Assembly (NCBI RefSeq): GCF_006345805.1
Contig: NW_021827620.1
Coordinates: forward strand, 1 to 10,158
Length of the DNA: 10,158 nt
Direction of reading: 5' to 3'
Origin: Octopus sinensis
Taxonomy: Eukaryota
Below the pieces are notes generated by a model that saw nothing but the letters and a program-made list of their open reading frames with translations, made no database searches and had not been told where the DNA came from. Positions 7,705 through 10,158 of the stretch are shown here, one piece after another (position 1 is the stretch's first letter; every line of letters starts with the position of its first letter). The translations under genes and the position numbers were made by a program.

Positions 7705-7883
7705 GGAGTGGCTGTGTGGTAAGTTGCTTGTTTACCCACCACACGGTTCTGGGTTCAGTCCCACTGCGTGTCACCTTGGGCAAGTGTCTTCTACTATAGC
7801 CTCAGGCCGAACAAAGCCTTGTGAGTGGATTTGGTAGACGGAAACTGAAAGAAGCCCGTTGAGTGTATGTATATATATATAAA

Positions 7884-7933
<50 letters not shown>

Positions 7934-8148
7934 TGTGTGTCTGTATTTGTCACCCCGCCCAACATCGCTTGACAACCGATGCTGATGTGTTTACGTCCCC
8001 GTAATGTAGCGGTTTGGCAAAAGAGACCGATAGAATAAGTACTAGGCTTACAAAGAATAAGTCCTGGGTTCGATTTGCTCGACTAAAGGCGGTGCTCCAG
8101 CCTGGCCGCAGTCAAATGACTGAAACAACTAAAAGAGTAAAAGAGTAA
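7705..8148 (+). mobile_element. Family-1 tRNA-derived SINE, near full length (reference copy)
   Basis: A-box-like TGGCTGTGTGG at 7709-7719, B-box-like GGTTCAGTCCC at 7752-7762, internal (TA)/(TG) tract, and (AAAAGAGT)2 tail. Confidence 0.93.
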
Positions 8149-8350
8149 GTTCAAGGTTCAAACGATTCTTCAGAAGGGGTTTCCTTTGTTTTTTGCAGAT
8201 AAGAATTGAACCCACTTCATTACGTATGGGTTATATCGAATGACCATATCCTGCACCATACTTCTGAAAGTCCACTCCAACACCTCGAGTTTTTTGGTGA
8301 TGGCCATCATTGACTTTTCTAGGATTTATCATCGATGATCTTCTGCACCC

Positions 8351-8553
8351 GGCAGACTCGTTAGCACGCCAGGCACAATGCTTAGCGGCATTTTGTCCGT
8401 CTTTACATTTTGCGTTCAAGTTCCGCCGAGGTTGATTTTGCCTTTTACTTTTTCGGGGTCGGTAAAATATCTACTAGTTGAGCACTGGCGTCGATGTAAT
8501 CGACTAGACCCCCACCCGACAAAATTCAAGCCATGTACCTATAGTAGAAAGGA
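8351..8553 (+). mobile_element. Family-2 SINE, diverged monomer
   Basis: Collinear with 8695-8850 (GGCAGA..GTTAGCACGCC..GTTCAAGTTCCGCCGAGG..GTCGATGTAATCGACT), then a short tail. Confidence 0.8.
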
Positions 8554-8683
8554 TCATTTTATCAGAACGCTTCCATTTTTTTAATTTGTTGTTGTTTTTA
8601 CAGTTGAACCATTCCTGCCAGTGATTTCTCAATTCTATCTGAACTTTACGAACAAAATACCTTTCAATATCTAGTAAAACTAA

Positions 8684-9266
8684 GGTGGCGAGCAGGCAGA
8701 AACGTTAGCACGCCGGGCGAAATGCTCAGCGGTATTTCATCTGCCGTTACGTTGTGAGTTCAAATTCCACCGAGGTCGACTTTGCCTCTCATCCTTTCGG
8801 GGTCAATAAATTAAGTACCAGTTACGCACTGGGGTCGATGTAATCGACTTGATCCGTTTGTCTGTCCTTGTTTGTCCCCTCTGTGTTTAGCCCGTTGTGG
8901 GTAGTAAAGCAATAGGTATTTCGTCTGTCTTTACGTTCTGAGCTCAAATTCCGCCGAGGTCGACTTTGCCTTTCATCCTTTCGGGCTCGATAAATTAAGT
9001 ACCAGTTACGCACTGGGGTCGATGTAATCGACTTAATCCATTTGTCTGTCCTTGTTTGTCTTCTCTGTGTTTAGCCCCTTGTGGGTAGTAAAGAAATAGG
9101 TATTTCGTCTGTCTTTACGTTCTCAGTTCAAATTCCGCCGAGGTCGACTTTGCCATTCGTCCTTTCGGGGGTCGATAAATTAAGTACCAGTTGAAAAGTG
9201 GAGTCGATCAAATCGATTAGCACCTTCCTCCAAAAATTCCTAGCCTTGTATCAAAATTTGAAACCA
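8684..9266 (+). mobile_element. Family-2 tRNA-derived SINE with internal 184-bp tandem array (two full units plus a partial third)
   Basis: Head starts GGTGGCGAGCAGGCAGAAACG and has B box GAGTTCAAATTCC at 8756-8768. Unit starts (GGTATTTC) are at 8731, 8915 and 9099. A diverged tail follows ~9191. Confidence 0.88.
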
Positions 9267-9829
9267 ATATTTAGCGAAGTTGGCTGTGTTCGTATATGCT
9301 ATCAACAACTGCGAGTCATTTCATTTCTTGTGATAGTATTTTATCTGTCGTGGGAAGTGGGGCTTGAAAGAAAGAAATCAAATCCTTTCAATTGATCTGA
9401 AGAGAGTAATATACTGATAACGAAATGTCCTCAAATACACATCAAACCCTGTAGAGAACTGAATGGTTTCATGGATCTCGGTTTGAATCGCCAGCCATGA
9501 GTATTCCTCGTGTTCAAGAAACAAGCTCATGGAATTAACGTGTCAGCTAGTCGGAACCTTCTAAAAAGTATAAAATGGAAGGCATCAGTCATTTTTACTA
9601 GAGTTGTCAAGAACTCAACTTTCAGTTAAATACATTTTGAAATCTGATGATCACTATGAACGTATGAAAGCGTTAAATATTTTTTTCAATGTTTAACACA
9701 CTTCAACATTGTAAAAAAAAAATTTTTTAAGCTCAATTATAAAAAAACGTGGAAACCAGACTATGTTGTAACTGTATCCAACTGATATATCATTCTATAC
9801 ACATTTACATACGCTCTAAGAAAAAAAAT

Positions 9830-9906
9830 ATACACATATATATAAGATATATATATATCAGATATATACACATACATACACATATATATGTGTGTATGTA
9901 TACGTT

Positions 9907-9937
<31 letters not shown>

Positions 9938-9990
9938 GATATATATATAATGTATGTATATGTATGTATATATATATATATGTATTATAT
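9830..9990. repeat. Imperfect (TA)n microsatellite
   Basis: Direct reading. Confidence 0.9.
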
Positions 9991-10096
9991 TCGTCACCCT
10001 TCTCAATTTTTCACTGAAAAACGCATATGTTTTTTTAAAATAGAATGCTATAAATTATAGTTCTTAAGTCTAACCGGGAAGTGGTGAGTTGTTTTT

Positions 10097-10148
10097 GTGT
10101 AATGGTTAGCACCCTTATAGTGAATATAGCAGGTCTGTGTTCGATTCC
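10097..10148 (+). pseudogene. Degenerate tRNA-like segment (tRNA pseudogene or head of another SINE)
   Basis: D-arm-like GTGT-AATGGTTA-GCAC and B box GTTCGATTCC (10139-10148) at tRNA-like spacing. The T stem and acceptor stem do not pair. Confidence 0.35.
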
Positions 10149-10158
10149 TATGCGTACG

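Noticed and set aside
7705-7780. Functional tRNA gene at SINE heads
   Set aside because: A/B boxes are present but there is no cloverleaf, and the sequence continues into a repeated SINE body.
8170-8310. Minus-strand 46-aa ORF containing KKLEVLEW, faintly like a Tc1 transposase motif
   Set aside because: The expected following PSQSPDLNPIE-type motif is absent in the frames I read, and there are stops immediately upstream.
8731-9191. CRISPR-like interpretation of this array or of the 45-bp array
   Set aside because: The units repeat along their whole length with no unique spacers, there are no cas genes, and the context is eukaryotic.
9397-9435. CTGAAGA...CGAAA hammerhead-like spacing
   Set aside because: No valid stem III with an NUH triplet and no adjacent stem I.
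9640-9680. CTGATGA...GAAAGCGTTA hammerhead-like spacing
   Set aside because: Stem II and stem I do not pair, so this is consistent with chance in AT-rich DNA.
10061-10089. Possible 23-nt exon ending at a GTGAGT donor
   Set aside because: The acceptor lacks a polypyrimidine tract, and the upstream alternative acceptor gives stops in all frames.

Overview
Eukaryotic, repeat-saturated, apparently non-coding window with no credible protein-coding gene. The long ORFs in the track are microsatellite or SINE read-through. It is most likely octopus (coleoid cephalopod) DNA, inferred from recalled resemblance of the dominant repeats to octopus tRNA-derived SINEs; this was not verified by search. Content: nine full or partial copies of one tRNA-headed SINE family (family 1) in alternating orientations, three pieces of a second family (family 2) including a 184-bp internal tandem array, a decayed ~45-bp minisatellite and many microsatellites. 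The most interesting part is 4956-6314, a block bounded by a 28/27-bp inverted repeat. It holds an 829-bp element with ~70-bp terminal direct repeats and two hammerhead-ribozyme-like motifs on opposite strands. One is a minimal type I hammerhead with a compensatory U3-A8 core (6058-6105, +). The other has all hammerhead core segments and three stems, but in a segment order matching none of the three standard circular permutations (5318-5376, -). The folds were read by hand; no folding, search or activity data are available.
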